DNA from: a candidate division WOR-3 bacterium
Lineage (GTDB): Bacteria; Hydrothermota; Tepidihabitantia; SM23-42; CAYGYG01
Direction: 5' to 3'
Length of the DNA stretch: 30,510 nt
Assembly (NCBI GenBank): GCA_965648915.1
Contig: CBFGIV010000027.1
Span: 1-30,510 of the forward strand
The notes below the pieces were generated by a model. That model saw only the letters and a program-made list of their open reading frames with translations, made no database searches and was not told the DNA's origin. Of this stretch, positions 8,673-19,298 are shown in pieces. Each line of letters begins with the position of its first letter. Position 1 is the first letter of the stretch. The position numbers and the translations under genes are program-made.

Positions 8673-10126
8673 CGAGTCAACTCCTCACCGTCAAAAAGAT
8701 TTTTAATCATCTCGATCTTTGAATCTTTGGCTTCGACTTCCTGCTCTGCAATCTTAATCTTAAATCTGGGTTTAGTCTTCATCAATTCTTCATAAACTCT
8801 TTCGATCAGTGAGATATTCTTCTTATCGCTAATGGTCTCATAATGAAATTTATCTCTAACACTGAAGACCAGCTCGATATCTTTCTGGTTAACGATGTTG
8901 AATTTTGCCTTCTCCAGGCTGCAGCCGACTGCAGTATTTTGCTCTTTAACCTTATCAATAAAGATATCAATAATGCTCCCCCGCGATTCATCTCTTACCC
9001 CTTCATATTGTCTGATCAGATCTGCAATATCGACCGATTTCTCGATGAAACAGAACCTCAGGGTCAGTAATTCCAAAGCAATACGGCTATTGATTGATTG
9101 TCGGAAGGTGCTTTCAAAGTCGAGCCCAATCTGGAGTAAACGGATCAGATCGAGAAAATCGTAATGCTCGGCCTGATCCTTCAGATGTTTGATCTCTTTT
9201 TCCGAATAAATCTCAGTAATAACCTTGATATTCATCTTGATAAAAAGTAAAGCCCGGAGATGGTTAATGATACCGGCATAGACTTCAAAAGGGTTTGCCC
9301 CTTCTTCTAACCAGTCGGTCAGGGTTGCAATCGCTCGAGAATGGTTTTTAGCGATAAAGTCATCAAAGAGTTCAAAAAAACGCTCAATCGAAGAAATTCC
9401 GAAGAGGGTTTGAATATCTTCTCTTTTAATCTCACGGTCACTGAAGGTAACAAGCTGTTCAAGAAGCGACTCGGCATCACGCATACTACCGTCTGCACGG
9501 CGGGCAATCTCCATAAGTGTATCATTGGTAATAGTGATCTGCTCCTGTTTAGTAATCTTTTCAAGTCCCTGAACAATCTCAGCAGGCGTAAGTTTTCTAA
9601 AATCAAACCGCTGGCACCGTGATAAAATTGTGTTGGGGACATCAGCTGGTGAAGTTGTAGCAAAGATAAAAATTACCGATGCTGGCGGTTCTTCCAGTGT
9701 CTTGAGCAGAGCATTGAATGCCGGTTCAGTCAGCATATGAACCTCATCTATGATATAAATCTTGTAACGACTGTAGGCAGGTGCGTATTTGACATTTTCC
9801 CGGAGTTCGCGAATCTCATCGATCCCACGATTGGAAGCTCCGTCGATTTCGAGCACATCCATACTCCGGGAGGAAGCTATCTCAATACAGGAGTTACATT
9901 TCCCACAGGGGTTAACTGTAGGTCCTTCGACACAATTAAGGCTCTTAGCCAGAATTCGCGCAACTGTTGTCTTGCCCACCCCTCTCGGGCCAGCAAAGAG
10001 ATAGGCATGGCCAACTCTCCCTTTATTTATCGCACCACTTAAAGTAATTCGTACGTGACGCTGGCCGATCAATTCATCGAATTTCTGCGGTCGATATTTA
10101 AGTGAATAAACCTTGTATGGCTTCAT
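8669..10126 (-). CDS. dnaX: DNA polymerase III subunit gamma/tau
   Basis: KYRPQKF, GPRGVGKTT, zinc module, IIDEVHML, LKTLEEPP, SRCQRFDF. Confidence 0.97.
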   Translation of the reverse strand: MKPYKVYSLKYRPQKFDELIGQRHVRITLSGAINKGRVGHAYLFAGPRGVGKTTVARILAKSLNCVEGPTVNPCGKCNSCIEIASSRSMDVLEIDGASNRGIDEIRELRENVKYAPAYSRYKIYIIDEVHMLTEPAFNALLKTLEEPPASVIFIFATTSPADVPNTILSRCQRFDFRKLTPAEIVQGLEKITKQEQITITNDTLMEIARRADGSMRDAESLLEQLVTFSDREIKREDIQTLFGISSIERFFELFDDFIAKNHSRAIATLTDWLEEGANPFEVYAGIINHLRALLFIKMNIKVITEIYSEKEIKHLKDQAEHYDFLDLIRLLQIGLDFESTFRQSINSRIALELLTLRFCFIEKSVDIADLIRQYEGVRDESRGSIIDIFIDKVKEQNTAVGCSLEKAKFNIVNQKDIELVFSVRDKFHYETISDKKNISLIERVYEELMKTKPRFKIKIAEQEVEAKDSKIEMIKNLFDGEELTR

Positions 10127-10155
10127 AAATAAATAGCACCGGATTCAACCGCTTT

Positions 10156-10428
10156 CCGGTCGTGCGATCCTTCCTCGACTCAAGTCCTAAGACCCAGAGA
10201 GATCTCAAGCTCCAACCAGGCAATCTTATGACCGATTCCTATCTACTTACCGCTGCTACCTTCCGGTCCTGACGGGGTTTATAGTTAGAATCTTCATAAG
10301 ACCCGATCTTCGACGCTTGAAGATTTCAATGAGCACCCTTAAGATCTGAACCTCAGAAAGACCTTAAACCCCGCATATAGCGGATTTCGGGTTCAGGGCA
10401 CCGCTAGCTCCCCGTTTTGCACGACCGG
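10156..10428 (-). ncRNA. ffs: Signal recognition particle RNA, large (Alu-domain-containing) bacterial type
   Basis: Helix-8 motif CCCCGTCAGGACCGGAAGGTAGCAGCGG; terminal pairing CCGGTCGTGC/GCACGACCGG; 5' GGGGAGCTAGCGGTGCCCTG..CCGCTA Alu-type hairpins; lies upstream of dnaX. Confidence 0.92.
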
Positions 10429-10453
10429 TATAAATCAAAAGATTAATTACTGC

Positions 10454-11674
10454 TTACTTTCCTCTTTTCTTAAGTTCTTCAGCCTTAACAATGCATTCGT
10501 ATGCCTTTTTGGCATTACCCTTGCCTTTATAGGCAAGCCCTAAGTTTACCCAGGCATCCGGATTATCTGGAACCAGTTTCATATACTTTATCTCATAAGT
10601 TTCGATCGCCTTATCATAATCCTTTAACAATAAGAATGCATAGCCAAGCGAGAAGAGGCCATCTTTATCATCTGGATCTATTTCTATGATCCTGGTAAAT
10701 ATTTCTGATGCCTTTTTAAACTCTTTACGGGCAATCAATATCTGGCCATAATAGTAGAGACCATCGCGGTGTTTCGGATCAATCTTGATAAGGCTTTCGA
10801 AGTAATTCCCTGCCTTATCTGTTTTACCCAGATTATAAGCACAGGCAGCACTATTAAAATAAAGTGTCACCATACTTATGTTGGCCTGAACAAGCGTCTC
10901 AATCTGACGGCCCACCTCTTTAACGCCACCCGAAAAACCGAGAACCGTTTTGACATAATTTTCGAGTTCGTCCTTCTTATTGGCCAATTGGAGTTCAACA
11001 ATCTTCTGTTCAACATCAGCCGGATTGGCTGTCGGTGCTTTTCCGGTCAGTAACTTGAGGTTACTCTCTTTTCTCTTCGAATATAGATCAATCGCCCGCT
11101 CATAATATGTCAACGCCGAATCCCACCTTGTCTCATCATAGAATATATGGCCGATATTGAGATAAGCCTCAGCCAGGTTCGGGTCGATTTTTAAAGCCTG
11201 ATTAAATGCTTCCTGCATCTTTACCCGGTCTTTAAGTCGTGCATAGACTAAACCTCGAATAACATAGGGCTCGGCCCGTTTGTCGTCAATATAAATTGCC
11301 CGATCCGTTTTTTTCAATGCCTCGGTAAATTTCTCCTGGCTGAGAAGTTTATAAGCCGCTGAATTATAAATTGTCCAGTAACTGTTCCGGTCCTCGGGAG
11401 CAAGGATCTGCTTTTTGGTTCTTACCGAATCCAGAGAAAAGGCGATATCAATCGCATCCGATGCCTCAAGATACTCGGCCAAAAAGACCTGGGCTTTAGC
11501 CATAATCAGATAAGCCTCGACGCTCTTAGGATCACTTTTCAGATGATTGCGACAATGGGTTATTGCTTCTTTATACTCTTCACGCTGCAACGCAATTCTT
11601 GCCGCAGTAATCAGATTAGGTGTACATCGTAAAAAAAACAGAAAGAGCCCAAATATCCAGAGATACCTTTTCAT
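10454..11674 (-). CDS. TPR-repeat protein, probable lipoprotein
   Basis: AGGAGG SD; MKRYLWIFGLFLFFLRC signal ending in Cys; multiple TPR units. Confidence 0.85.
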   Translation of the reverse strand: MKRYLWIFGLFLFFLRCTPNLITAARIALQREEYKEAITHCRNHLKSDPKSVEAYLIMAKAQVFLAEYLEASDAIDIAFSLDSVRTKKQILAPEDRNSYWTIYNSAAYKLLSQEKFTEALKKTDRAIYIDDKRAEPYVIRGLVYARLKDRVKMQEAFNQALKIDPNLAEAYLNIGHIFYDETRWDSALTYYERAIDLYSKRKESNLKLLTGKAPTANPADVEQKIVELQLANKKDELENYVKTVLGFSGGVKEVGRQIETLVQANISMVTLYFNSAACAYNLGKTDKAGNYFESLIKIDPKHRDGLYYYGQILIARKEFKKASEIFTRIIEIDPDDKDGLFSLGYAFLLLKDYDKAIETYEIKYMKLVPDNPDAWVNLGLAYKGKGNAKKAYECIVKAEELKKRGK

Positions 11675-11698
11675 GCTTCTAATTCCTCCTGTTAGACT

Positions 11699-11726
11699 AT
11701 TGTAACCAGAAAGGGGAAAATGTCAA
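11699..11726 (-). promoter_or_regulatory. sigma70-type promoter of the TPR gene, possibly also ffs-dnaX (TTGACA-16-TACAAT)
   Basis: Minus-strand TTGACA at 11726-11721 and TACAAT at 11704-11699. Confidence 0.7.
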
Positions 11727-11768
11727 TTGAATAAAAAAAGATTTTTTATTGTCCTATCATCTTTTTTG

Positions 11769-11796
11769 TTGACTTTTAGCCAATTATGAATAAACT
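11769..11796 (+). promoter_or_regulatory. sigma70-type promoter of the rpsF operon (TTGACT-16-TAAACT)
   Basis: TTGACT at 11769-11774 and TAAACT at 11791-11796, 6 nt before the ATG at 11803. Confidence 0.65.
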
Positions 11797-11802
11797 TAAC
11801 CT

Positions 11803-12111
11803 ATGTTAAAGAACCAGGAAAAAGTCAGAAATTATGAAGGGATGATTCTGTTTCATCCCAAGTTGGAAGCCAGTAAACTCGAGAATGCAATCAGTGAGGT
11901 CGAAAAGATAATCAAGGAATGCACCCAGGGTTCAGTTACCACTGAGAATCTCGGGAAGAAATCGCTCAGTTTTCCGGTTAAAAAATTGAATGAAGCGTTC
12001 TATCTCCTCTACCATTTTAGTGGCGATCCCCGTTCGATCGAGAAAATTAAAGAAGAGATCAAACATAATGAGAATATTGTTCGGATGATGTTCATCCGGA
12101 AAGAAAATTAA
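11803..12111 (+). CDS. rpsF: 30S ribosomal protein S6
   Basis: RNYEGMILFHP..LGKKSLSFPVKK..EAFY; first gene of rpsF-ssb-rpsR-rplI. Confidence 0.92.
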   Translation: MLKNQEKVRNYEGMILFHPKLEASKLENAISEVEKIIKECTQGSVTTENLGKKSLSFPVKKLNEAFYLLYHFSGDPRSIEKIKEEIKHNENIVRMMFIRKEN

Positions 12112-12113
12112 AA

Positions 12114-12557
12114 GTGGCTAACTTGAGACTTGGCTATTTAAATCTGGTTTTATTTATGGGGCGGCTGACAGCGGATCCAGAATTAAAATATACCCAGAAG
12201 GGCGCCCCGGTTTGCACATTCCGGGTCGCTTCGACTCGACGCTTCAAAGATCGTGAAACCAATGAATTGAAAGAAGAAACAACCTATGTAAATGTTGTTA
12301 CCTGGCGCCGGCTGGCTGAACGGGTTAATGACTATCTCAAAAAGGGTAGCGCGGTGCTGATCGAGGGTAGACTCAATTCTCGCTCCTGGGAGACAAATGA
12401 AGGTCAGAAGCGTTCGATTGTAGAAATCGTTGCCTACCGGGTTCAATTCCTTGACCGAATGGAAGTCGAGGGTGGTGCGGAAAGTCCAGGAGAAGTCAGC
12501 GAAATTATTGAAGAAGACACCGGTAAAGATGAGATCGAAGATAATACCCCTTTTTAA
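12114..12557 (+). CDS. ssb: Single-stranded DNA-binding protein
   Basis: GRLTADPELKYT, YLKKGSAVLIEGRL..RSWE, acidic tail ending in PF; GTG start. Confidence 0.95.
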   Translation: MANLRLGYLNLVLFMGRLTADPELKYTQKGAPVCTFRVASTRRFKDRETNELKEETTYVNVVTWRRLAERVNDYLKKGSAVLIEGRLNSRSWETNEGQKRSIVEIVAYRVQFLDRMEVEGGAESPGEVSEIIEEDTGKDEIEDNTPF

Positions 12558-12607
12558 GATTATCAATATTTTGCCCGAAGTTTGTATCATTTAGGTCAGG
12601 AGGTTAA

Positions 12608-12808
12608 TTGAAAAATTGTCGATTCTGTAGAGACAATATTAAAGAGGTTGATTACAAAGATGTTGCCCTTCTTAAAGGGTTCATCACTGAAAGAGGAAAG
12701 ATTGCACCGAGCCGGGTTTCAGGACTGTGTGCCCGCCACCAGCGTTTACTTACCCGGGCAATCAAACGTGCCCGGTCGGTAGCATTACTACCATATATAA
12801 TAAGATGA
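12608..12808 (+). CDS. rpsR: 30S ribosomal protein S18 (zinc-binding C+ type)
   Basis: AGGAGGT SD with TTG start; [30 protein letters not shown]. Confidence 0.96.
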   Translation: MKNCRFCRDNIKEVDYKDVALLKGFITERGKIAPSRVSGLCARHQRLLTRAIKRARSVALLPYIIR

Positions 12809-13248
12809 AGGTTATCGTCCTGAGAGATCACAAAAACCTCGGTAAAAAATTCGATATCGTTGAAGTCAAAGATGGTTATGCACGGAATTACTTGATTCCT
12901 AACGGAATTGCCCGGATCGCCACCGAAGGACAAATTAAAGAGATTGAACAACTCAAAAGGTTACACAACGAAAAGATTACCCGGAATAAAGAAATGGCTC
13001 AATCCCTTGCCCAGAAACTCGAGGGATTAGCCCTCAAAGCCTCCCTCAAGATAGGTTCAAAGGGAAAGTCTTTTGGGAGCATCACCGCGGCCGAGGTAGC
13101 CGAATTGCTTGCAGCGCAGGGAATTAAGATTTCAAAGAAACTTCTCAGTTATGATTGGCCAATAAAAGAGCCCGGTGTCTATACTATTGGCGTAAAACTC
13201 CATTCTCAGGTCTCCGGTCAGTTTAAATTATGGGTAGGTGAAGAATGA
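12805..13248 (+). CDS. rplI: 50S ribosomal protein L9
   Basis: [31 protein letters not shown]. Start reassigned to the ATG at 12805, which overlaps the rpsR stop (ATGA). Confidence 0.95.
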   Translation: MKVIVLRDHKNLGKKFDIVEVKDGYARNYLIPNGIARIATEGQIKEIEQLKRLHNEKITRNKEMAQSLAQKLEGLALKASLKIGSKGKSFGSITAAEVAELLAAQGIKISKKLLSYDWPIKEPGVYTIGVKLHSQVSGQFKLWVGEE

Positions 13249-13712
13249 TTGAAGTATCGATTCAGGGTGTGGTCAGCGATAGCGAATCGGACTCATATGT
13301 AATGTTGCTAAAAGAAAAACAGGGTGAAAAAATCCTTCCGATATTTATTGGCGCCAATGAGGCGGCCGCGATTATTGTCGCCCTCGAAGGGGTGCCATTC
13401 CCCCGACCGCTTACGCACGACCTGCTGAAACTGGTGATCGATGCCCTTAATGGTAAAGTTATTCGGGTTGTTGTTACTGATTTGAACAAAGATACATTTT
13501 ATGCCAAGATTTACATCGAAACTAATGGCAATCTCATCGGTATCGACGCTCGTCCCTCGGATTCAGTAGCACTCGCGGTAAGAGCCAAAAGTCCGGTCTA
13601 TGTTGCCGATTCGATTATGGAGTCAAACGGCTTGATTCTGAAAAATTTGGATGAACTAAAGACCCGGCTCCGGAATCTCAATCCAGAAGATTTTGGCAAC
13701 TACCAATTATAG
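13245..13712 (+). CDS. Bifunctional nuclease family protein (DUF151)
   Basis: LPIFIGANEA, RPLTHDL and DARPSDSVALA motifs. Confidence 0.92.
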   Translation: MIEVSIQGVVSDSESDSYVMLLKEKQGEKILPIFIGANEAAAIIVALEGVPFPRPLTHDLLKLVIDALNGKVIRVVVTDLNKDTFYAKIYIETNGNLIGIDARPSDSVALAVRAKSPVYVADSIMESNGLILKNLDELKTRLRNLNPEDFGNYQL

Positions 13713-13744
13713 TAAGCAGTACCTTATCCGTCCTGTTTGGCACT

Positions 13745-14221
13745 TCAAACAGTCCGGCCATAATCTACTAACTGGAGAATAATCCGGTAAACTTCTCCGG
13801 TAATCTCATCCAGTTTTTTATTCAATTCATCACTAAAACCCTCATGCCAGGTATAAGGATCTTTAACTTCAACACCGATCAGATATATCGCTTCAGGAAA
13901 ATCACGGTAGATCCTGCCCAGGGATAATATGTCAAAGAGGTTCTGCCCATGAGTGGAAATCATATCCGGTCGATTTTCAAGAGCCGGTACCTTGATGACC
14001 GAGATTGTCCCCAATGATTTATTCTGCATAAAGGCATCAATAATTATTACCGTATCGAATCCCCGCATATCTTCGAGGTCGGCAAAGTCAAGATCAATCT
14101 CTTTCTTGAACAGGTATGAAGCCGGCAGTCTCAACTTAAGATAATCCACTAAAAACGGGCCAATACCGTCATCGGTCAGGAAGGGATTACCGATTCCGAT
14201 GATCAGGGTTTTTTGGGGCAT
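13745..14221 (-). CDS. [NiFe]-hydrogenase maturation protease (HycI/HyaD family)
   Basis: LIIGIGNPFLTDDGIG, VIIIDA, STHG. Probable start at the ATG at 14221 (MPQKTL). Confidence 0.88.
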   Translation of the reverse strand: MPQKTLIIGIGNPFLTDDGIGPFLVDYLKLRLPASYLFKKEIDLDFADLEDMRGFDTVIIIDAFMQNKSLGTISVIKVPALENRPDMISTHGQNLFDILSLGRIYRDFPEAIYLIGVEVKDPYTWHEGFSDELNKKLDEITGEVYRIILQLVDYGRTV

Positions 14222-15392
14222 CTCTTGATGGAGATGGATTAATTCGGGCGATAATCGATTCGGCGGGGACTGTTTGCTCAAGATCGATCAGAAAGATCTC
14301 CCAGGATCTCCCGATCTTACCGCTGAAAATAATCTTTTGACCGGACGGGCTAAAAGAAGGTTCCATCGCACTTGCCTCTCGATAGGTAAGCCGCATAATA
14401 TTCTTACCCGAAGCATCCATTCGATAGATATTTTCTACTCCGTCCCGGTTAGAAGTGAAGACGATCGTTTTACCATCCGGTGCATAGCGCGGATGCATAT
14501 CACTTGCTGGATGGCGCGTCAATTGTTCTATCTTTCTACTCTCTATGTGCAGACGACAGATCTCTTCATTCCCTTCCCGTTTTGTTGAATAGAGGATATA
14601 TTTTCCATCCGGACTGAATGAAGGATTACCATCCCAGAATTTATTTTTGGTAATTCGTTCTTCCTTAGATTTATCAAGGTGGTAGAGATAAATTTCCCAG
14701 TTTTTATCCCGGTCGGAAGCGAAGACAATCTTCTTACCATCGGGAGAAAAAAATGGCTCACGATCCTCACCGATATTTTCGGTCAATTTCTTGACCTGTT
14801 TTGTTGCAGTGTTAAACAGATATAGTTCTTTATCACGACCATCGCGGTCTGAAGTAAAAACAACCATATCACCTTTTGGAGAGACTGCCGGATCTGTATC
14901 CCAGCGACTGCTCTTGATGAGCCTTTTTATCATCTTACCCGATAGGTCCATCAAATAGATCTGACCCGATCCGGTTCGATCGGAAACGAGTAAGATATTC
15001 TCCCGATCGGGCATAAAGCGCGGCGCAAATTCACTCGATTTATTCTTCGTAAGCCGTAAGGTAAGATAAGGGCTGATATTCAAAAAATGGGCAATCTTCT
15101 CTTTTAATTTCAGGTCCTCAGCGTCGACCGTGTCACCGAGTTCATAAAGAGTCTTATACTCTCTCAGTGCCGCGCTGGCAGAATCGAGCATTGCATAGGC
15201 ATATGAGAGGTAATAGTGGTACTGAATCGATTCCGGATGGGTGGCAAGCGCTTTATTAAAATGGGCAATCGCCTTGTGGTATTCGCCCTTAGCCATAAGG
15301 TCCCGACCGATTTCAGCCTCAGGCTTCCTTCTGCAAGAAACCCAAGCGAGAATCAGAACTAGAATTAAGTATCTAAATTTCATAAGATACAT
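14187..15392 (-). CDS. TPR plus PD40 beta-propeller (TolB-like) probable lipoprotein
   Basis: Signal ending in WVSC, one TPR pair, six P.(F)SPDG..I.F.SDR-type repeats. Confidence 0.88.
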   Translation of the reverse strand: MYLMKFRYLILVLILAWVSCRRKPEAEIGRDLMAKGEYHKAIAHFNKALATHPESIQYHYYLSYAYAMLDSASAALREYKTLYELGDTVDAEDLKLKEKIAHFLNISPYLTLRLTKNKSSEFAPRFMPDRENILLVSDRTGSGQIYLMDLSGKMIKRLIKSSRWDTDPAVSPKGDMVVFTSDRDGRDKELYLFNTATKQVKKLTENIGEDREPFFSPDGKKIVFASDRDKNWEIYLYHLDKSKEERITKNKFWDGNPSFSPDGKYILYSTKREGNEEICRLHIESRKIEQLTRHPASDMHPRYAPDGKTIVFTSNRDGVENIYRMDASGKNIMRLTYREASAMEPSFSPSGQKIIFSGKIGRSWEIFLIDLEQTVPAESIIARINPSPSRDAPKNPDHRNR

Positions 15393-15477
15393 ATAAATTT
15401 TAATTTTTGTAAGCAGAATACCACTTATACAGACTCATTAAGGAGGAGAAATATTTTGTCTACCTTCCAAATCTATT

Positions 15478-18400
15478 CTACTTCAATAGTATCAATTTCT
15501 TGGTCTGGTTGAAATTACCGGCTTTCATTTTGTAGAAGTAAATACCACTGGCAAGCGAATTGCCTTTCCCATCCTTTCCATCCCAGGTCAGAGAATAATA
15601 TCCCGCTTTTCTTTCTCCCTCAGCCAGCCTCTTTATAAGTTTACCACAAGCATCATAAACTTCAAGCGATACCCGGCAATTTACTGGTAATTGATACCTG
15701 ATTGTTGTTATTTTCTGAAAAGGATTTGGTGAGTTAGAAATAGCAAAATCTTTAGTAATAAGTAAATTGCTTTCTACAGACTGAGCACCTCCGCCACTTC
15801 CAGCACCGACCTTTGGTTGTTCATATTCATAAGCAATCAAGACACCAAGCACCGCATTGCCATTTAGCGACTTGGTTTTGGCATAAATGATACTATCCTG
15901 ATAGAGTTCGGCGGGAATTTGTGCTTTTAACCTTTTCATTGTTTTTGGTGGCACAGTTATTCGACCCATATCTCGACCATCTATTTCAAGAAGTAATTCG
16001 CTGTTCTGGCTGTTTTCATGATAAAAGATACCTTCAATTTTATAAGGTCTCTTGGGATTGAATTTACCCATTTTGTAATAGAGATAATCGCTATCATAGT
16101 CAATTGTCTTGTATGACTCTTTACCATATTTACTAAAACCAATTCTCTGAATACAGAATGGACCAGGATTTTCTTGTCCTGCGTCGGCAACATATAAAGG
16201 TTGGTCAGGTTCTTGAGGTGGAATATAGGTTTTGAAGGTTATGTCATAAGGCGCCTGATTCTTCTCGGTCCAGGTAAGATAATATCTGGTCTCAGTTAGT
16301 GTCTGACGCAAAACCATATGTGAGAACCCGGACTTTTCATTAGGTGAAGAACTGATATTCACCGGCGGCCTCCAACTGCCACTAACTGGATCAAAACGAC
16401 TCAAGAAGATCTCAGAATTAGCATCAACCCTTTCAGTCCAGGTGATATTAAGACCAGAGAGGGTTGGGTAAAGAGAAACATCCATCGTATTGCTGACATT
16501 CCAGATTTCGCTCCACCAATGACCACCAGGATAATGATAGGTATACCGGAAATAGATATCAGGAAAACCACCAGCACCAAAACCAATGTATGTAATGTCG
16601 GCACAACTACCATTCACTTGAAGCGATGGATAACTGCCACCCTCAAAACCAGAGACCTGCTCAATATCATGCCAGCCACTGGCATCGCAAAAGTTGTAAT
16701 AGACTGCTCCTTGTTTTGCCCAGGTGGCATGAAGACTGCTATAATCGAGCATAAAGTCAATCGAGGTAAGACCACAGGGTTCACCTGAGTCTAAAACCGA
16801 AGGAGTAATTGGCCATGGCTCATAGATACTAAAGACACCATAAAGAATTCGATCAGTAGTTTCGTATGTATTAAAGATAATATGGCCATAACCGATATTA
16901 TCAATTGTAAATGATGGTAGACCGATAGTAAAACTTATGTCCTCAAAGAGCAGAAATGGCGCAGTCCAGCCTGCTCCATCATAACGGCTGAAATAGATAC
17001 TTCGACCATTGAGTCCTCGCCAAACAAGACAGGGCAGATTATCCCCTGGATTCAAATAGATTGCCGGATGGCAGCCTTCACCAACTTCCATTTTCCGCGA
17101 CCAGGAACCACCAGCATTGGTTGACCTGACCACATAGATGACTTCTCCTGTTTCGTAAGTAATCCAGATTTCATCTGTGTTTTCAACCCGAACCATTTTG
17201 CGGGAATTGTTGTATGAAGTGGCAGTATCGGAAGAACTGACAAGGGATTTGTTGAAGGGGACTGCATAAAAATAGGCACCCCACAGATTTGCGCCAAAAG
17301 TTACATTCGGTGAAGCCGGATCAATTCCGAAATTGAAAACGGGTTTATTAGGCAAACCTTGAGAAATATCAAACCATTCACTTGCTCGGTCAACACTCAT
17401 GAAGACCTGGCAATCTATACCATCGTAAGTTGCAGCATAAAGAATCGTTGGTTCCTCAGGATCTATTATGAGGTCGTAAATATCATGTTGGCCAAGTCCT
17501 GAATAAACCCAGTTGTTCCCAGCATCCGTTGTTTTCCATATCCCATACCATGTACCTGTATAACCCGCGTAGAGAATGCCTGGGTGAGTAGGATCCATTT
17601 TTAACCGGTTGATGTTATCCGAAGGTAGACTACCAGAGCGTTCCATCCAATCTAACCCACCGTTGGTGCTTAAATAAACACGATTCCCACCGCCATCGCA
17701 AACATAGAGAATATCTTTGTTCTGAGGATGAATGGCGATGTCGGTTATAGATAAAAAAGCCGGTGGTCCTCCAATATCTTGCCAATGTTCTCCTGCGTCG
17801 GTACTCTTTAAAAGTAAGTAATCCCAACATAGTCCGGCAAAAAGATAGGACGTATCCGAATTCGCATAGGCAATTTTTCTTATATATCCTTTATTATTTG
17901 GAGCTTGCCACTTAGGTTCGCCCCAGGAAATTCCAGCATCAATGCTTTTGCTTAAACGAGGATGAACGAAGTTTTGAGCAGTACCCCAGCCAATTAGCAT
18001 CACGTTTTTATTTAGTGGATTCATAGCACTTGTGAATTGTTGATTAAAACCAGTTGAAAGGGTGGAGATGGTTTGCCAATTGAGTGCATTATTCTCACTC
18101 TTTTGGACACTTGCATCGCCAACAAAATAGATATCAGGCAACCATGGGAAAATAGCTTCTGCACCACCACAAACGTAAGTAGGAATCATACCTTTTACTC
18201 TTTCTTCCCAGATATAAGGAGCAAAGTTTAAGTCGCAGTGATAAAAACCACGCCAGGTTCCGGCATAAAGTAGGTTAGTTATCACTGGGTCTATACCTAA
18301 TGAATACACATACTTATCGACCAAACCATTGTTAAAGGGAACCCAACTTCCTGGTGCACCTAATTGACACTTCTTAAAATTCCTCGGCCTTCGCTATGTG

Positions 18401-19289
18401 TGCCATATTCGCCGATTGCCGCATATACTACGTTAGGATTGCCGGGTTGAATTAAAATGTCTCTTACTGTAAAGTTGTCAATAGTGTATACATCCTGCCA
18501 GGTTTCTCCCCAGTCAGTGCTTCTTACTATGCCACCGGTGTAATGTTCTGGAGGATCTTTATGAACGCCAAACCCAGCATATAAGTAGCCATCAGCGTCT
18601 GCTGCAATGCAAGTAAGGTCGGTATGAGAAGGTTGATGCTGTAGCCGCGTCCAAGTATGCCCGTAATCAATACTCTGGTAGACTCCTGGATAGTTGCCAT
18701 ATTTTGCAGAAGCATAAATCAACCCTTGATGAGAAAGAGGCAGAATTGCAAAATCTGAAATTGCAACGTCGTATCCACCTAAGTCAGCCGCTCGCCAATA
18801 ATTCCCGCCATTGTCCGAATAATATATGTCGGGAAATTCAACATTATCCATACCCAGGACTAATTGGTCTGGCGCATATGGGAAAAGGGCAAGTTTTTCG
18901 GGTAAAAAAGCACCCGGAAGTCCTTGAGAGATTGAAAACCAAGCATAGCCACCATTGGTGCTTTTGAGTACTTCGGCTGGTTGTGGGAAATATGAGGCAA
19001 CAACCTTATATACAATTTCAGAGTTAGGATGAACTGCAACAGATTGAATAAGATGGCTGCAACTACCAGTTGGTAGACATGCCCAATTTAAACCACAGTC
19101 GGTTGTTTTAGTAAGACCATTATGCCAGTGAACTGCATATATCACGCTTTGTCCGTTACTGTTGGCGACACCCATATCAGTCATATTTAACGCACAATAT
19201 GGTCCGCCATGAGTTTGCCATTCAGCAAAGCCAAGACAAACAATGAATAAAAGTATAAGATATTTTTGGAAATTAATCATTTTGTCCAT
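15478..19289 (-). pseudogene. Large secreted BNR/Asp-box beta-propeller protein with a FlgD/T9SS-like C-terminal domain, split by a 1-nt frameshift at about 18360 (ORFs 18360-19289 and 15478-18324)
   Basis: The upstream ORF has the signal peptide and S.(D/N).G..W repeats; the downstream ORF continues the repeats and ends NSPNPF..WDGKD..LASGIYFYKM..KKLILLK. Junction AAT TA-GGT GCA CCA GGA AGT TGG becomes RSVN(Y)GAPGSW if one base is added. Could be a sequencing error. Confidence 0.8.
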
Positions 19290-19298
19290 CTTAATAGG

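Noticed and set aside
8669..10126. Programmed frameshift producing the DnaX gamma subunit
   Set aside because: I saw no A AAA AAG site or long A-run with a stimulatory hairpin at the expected position.
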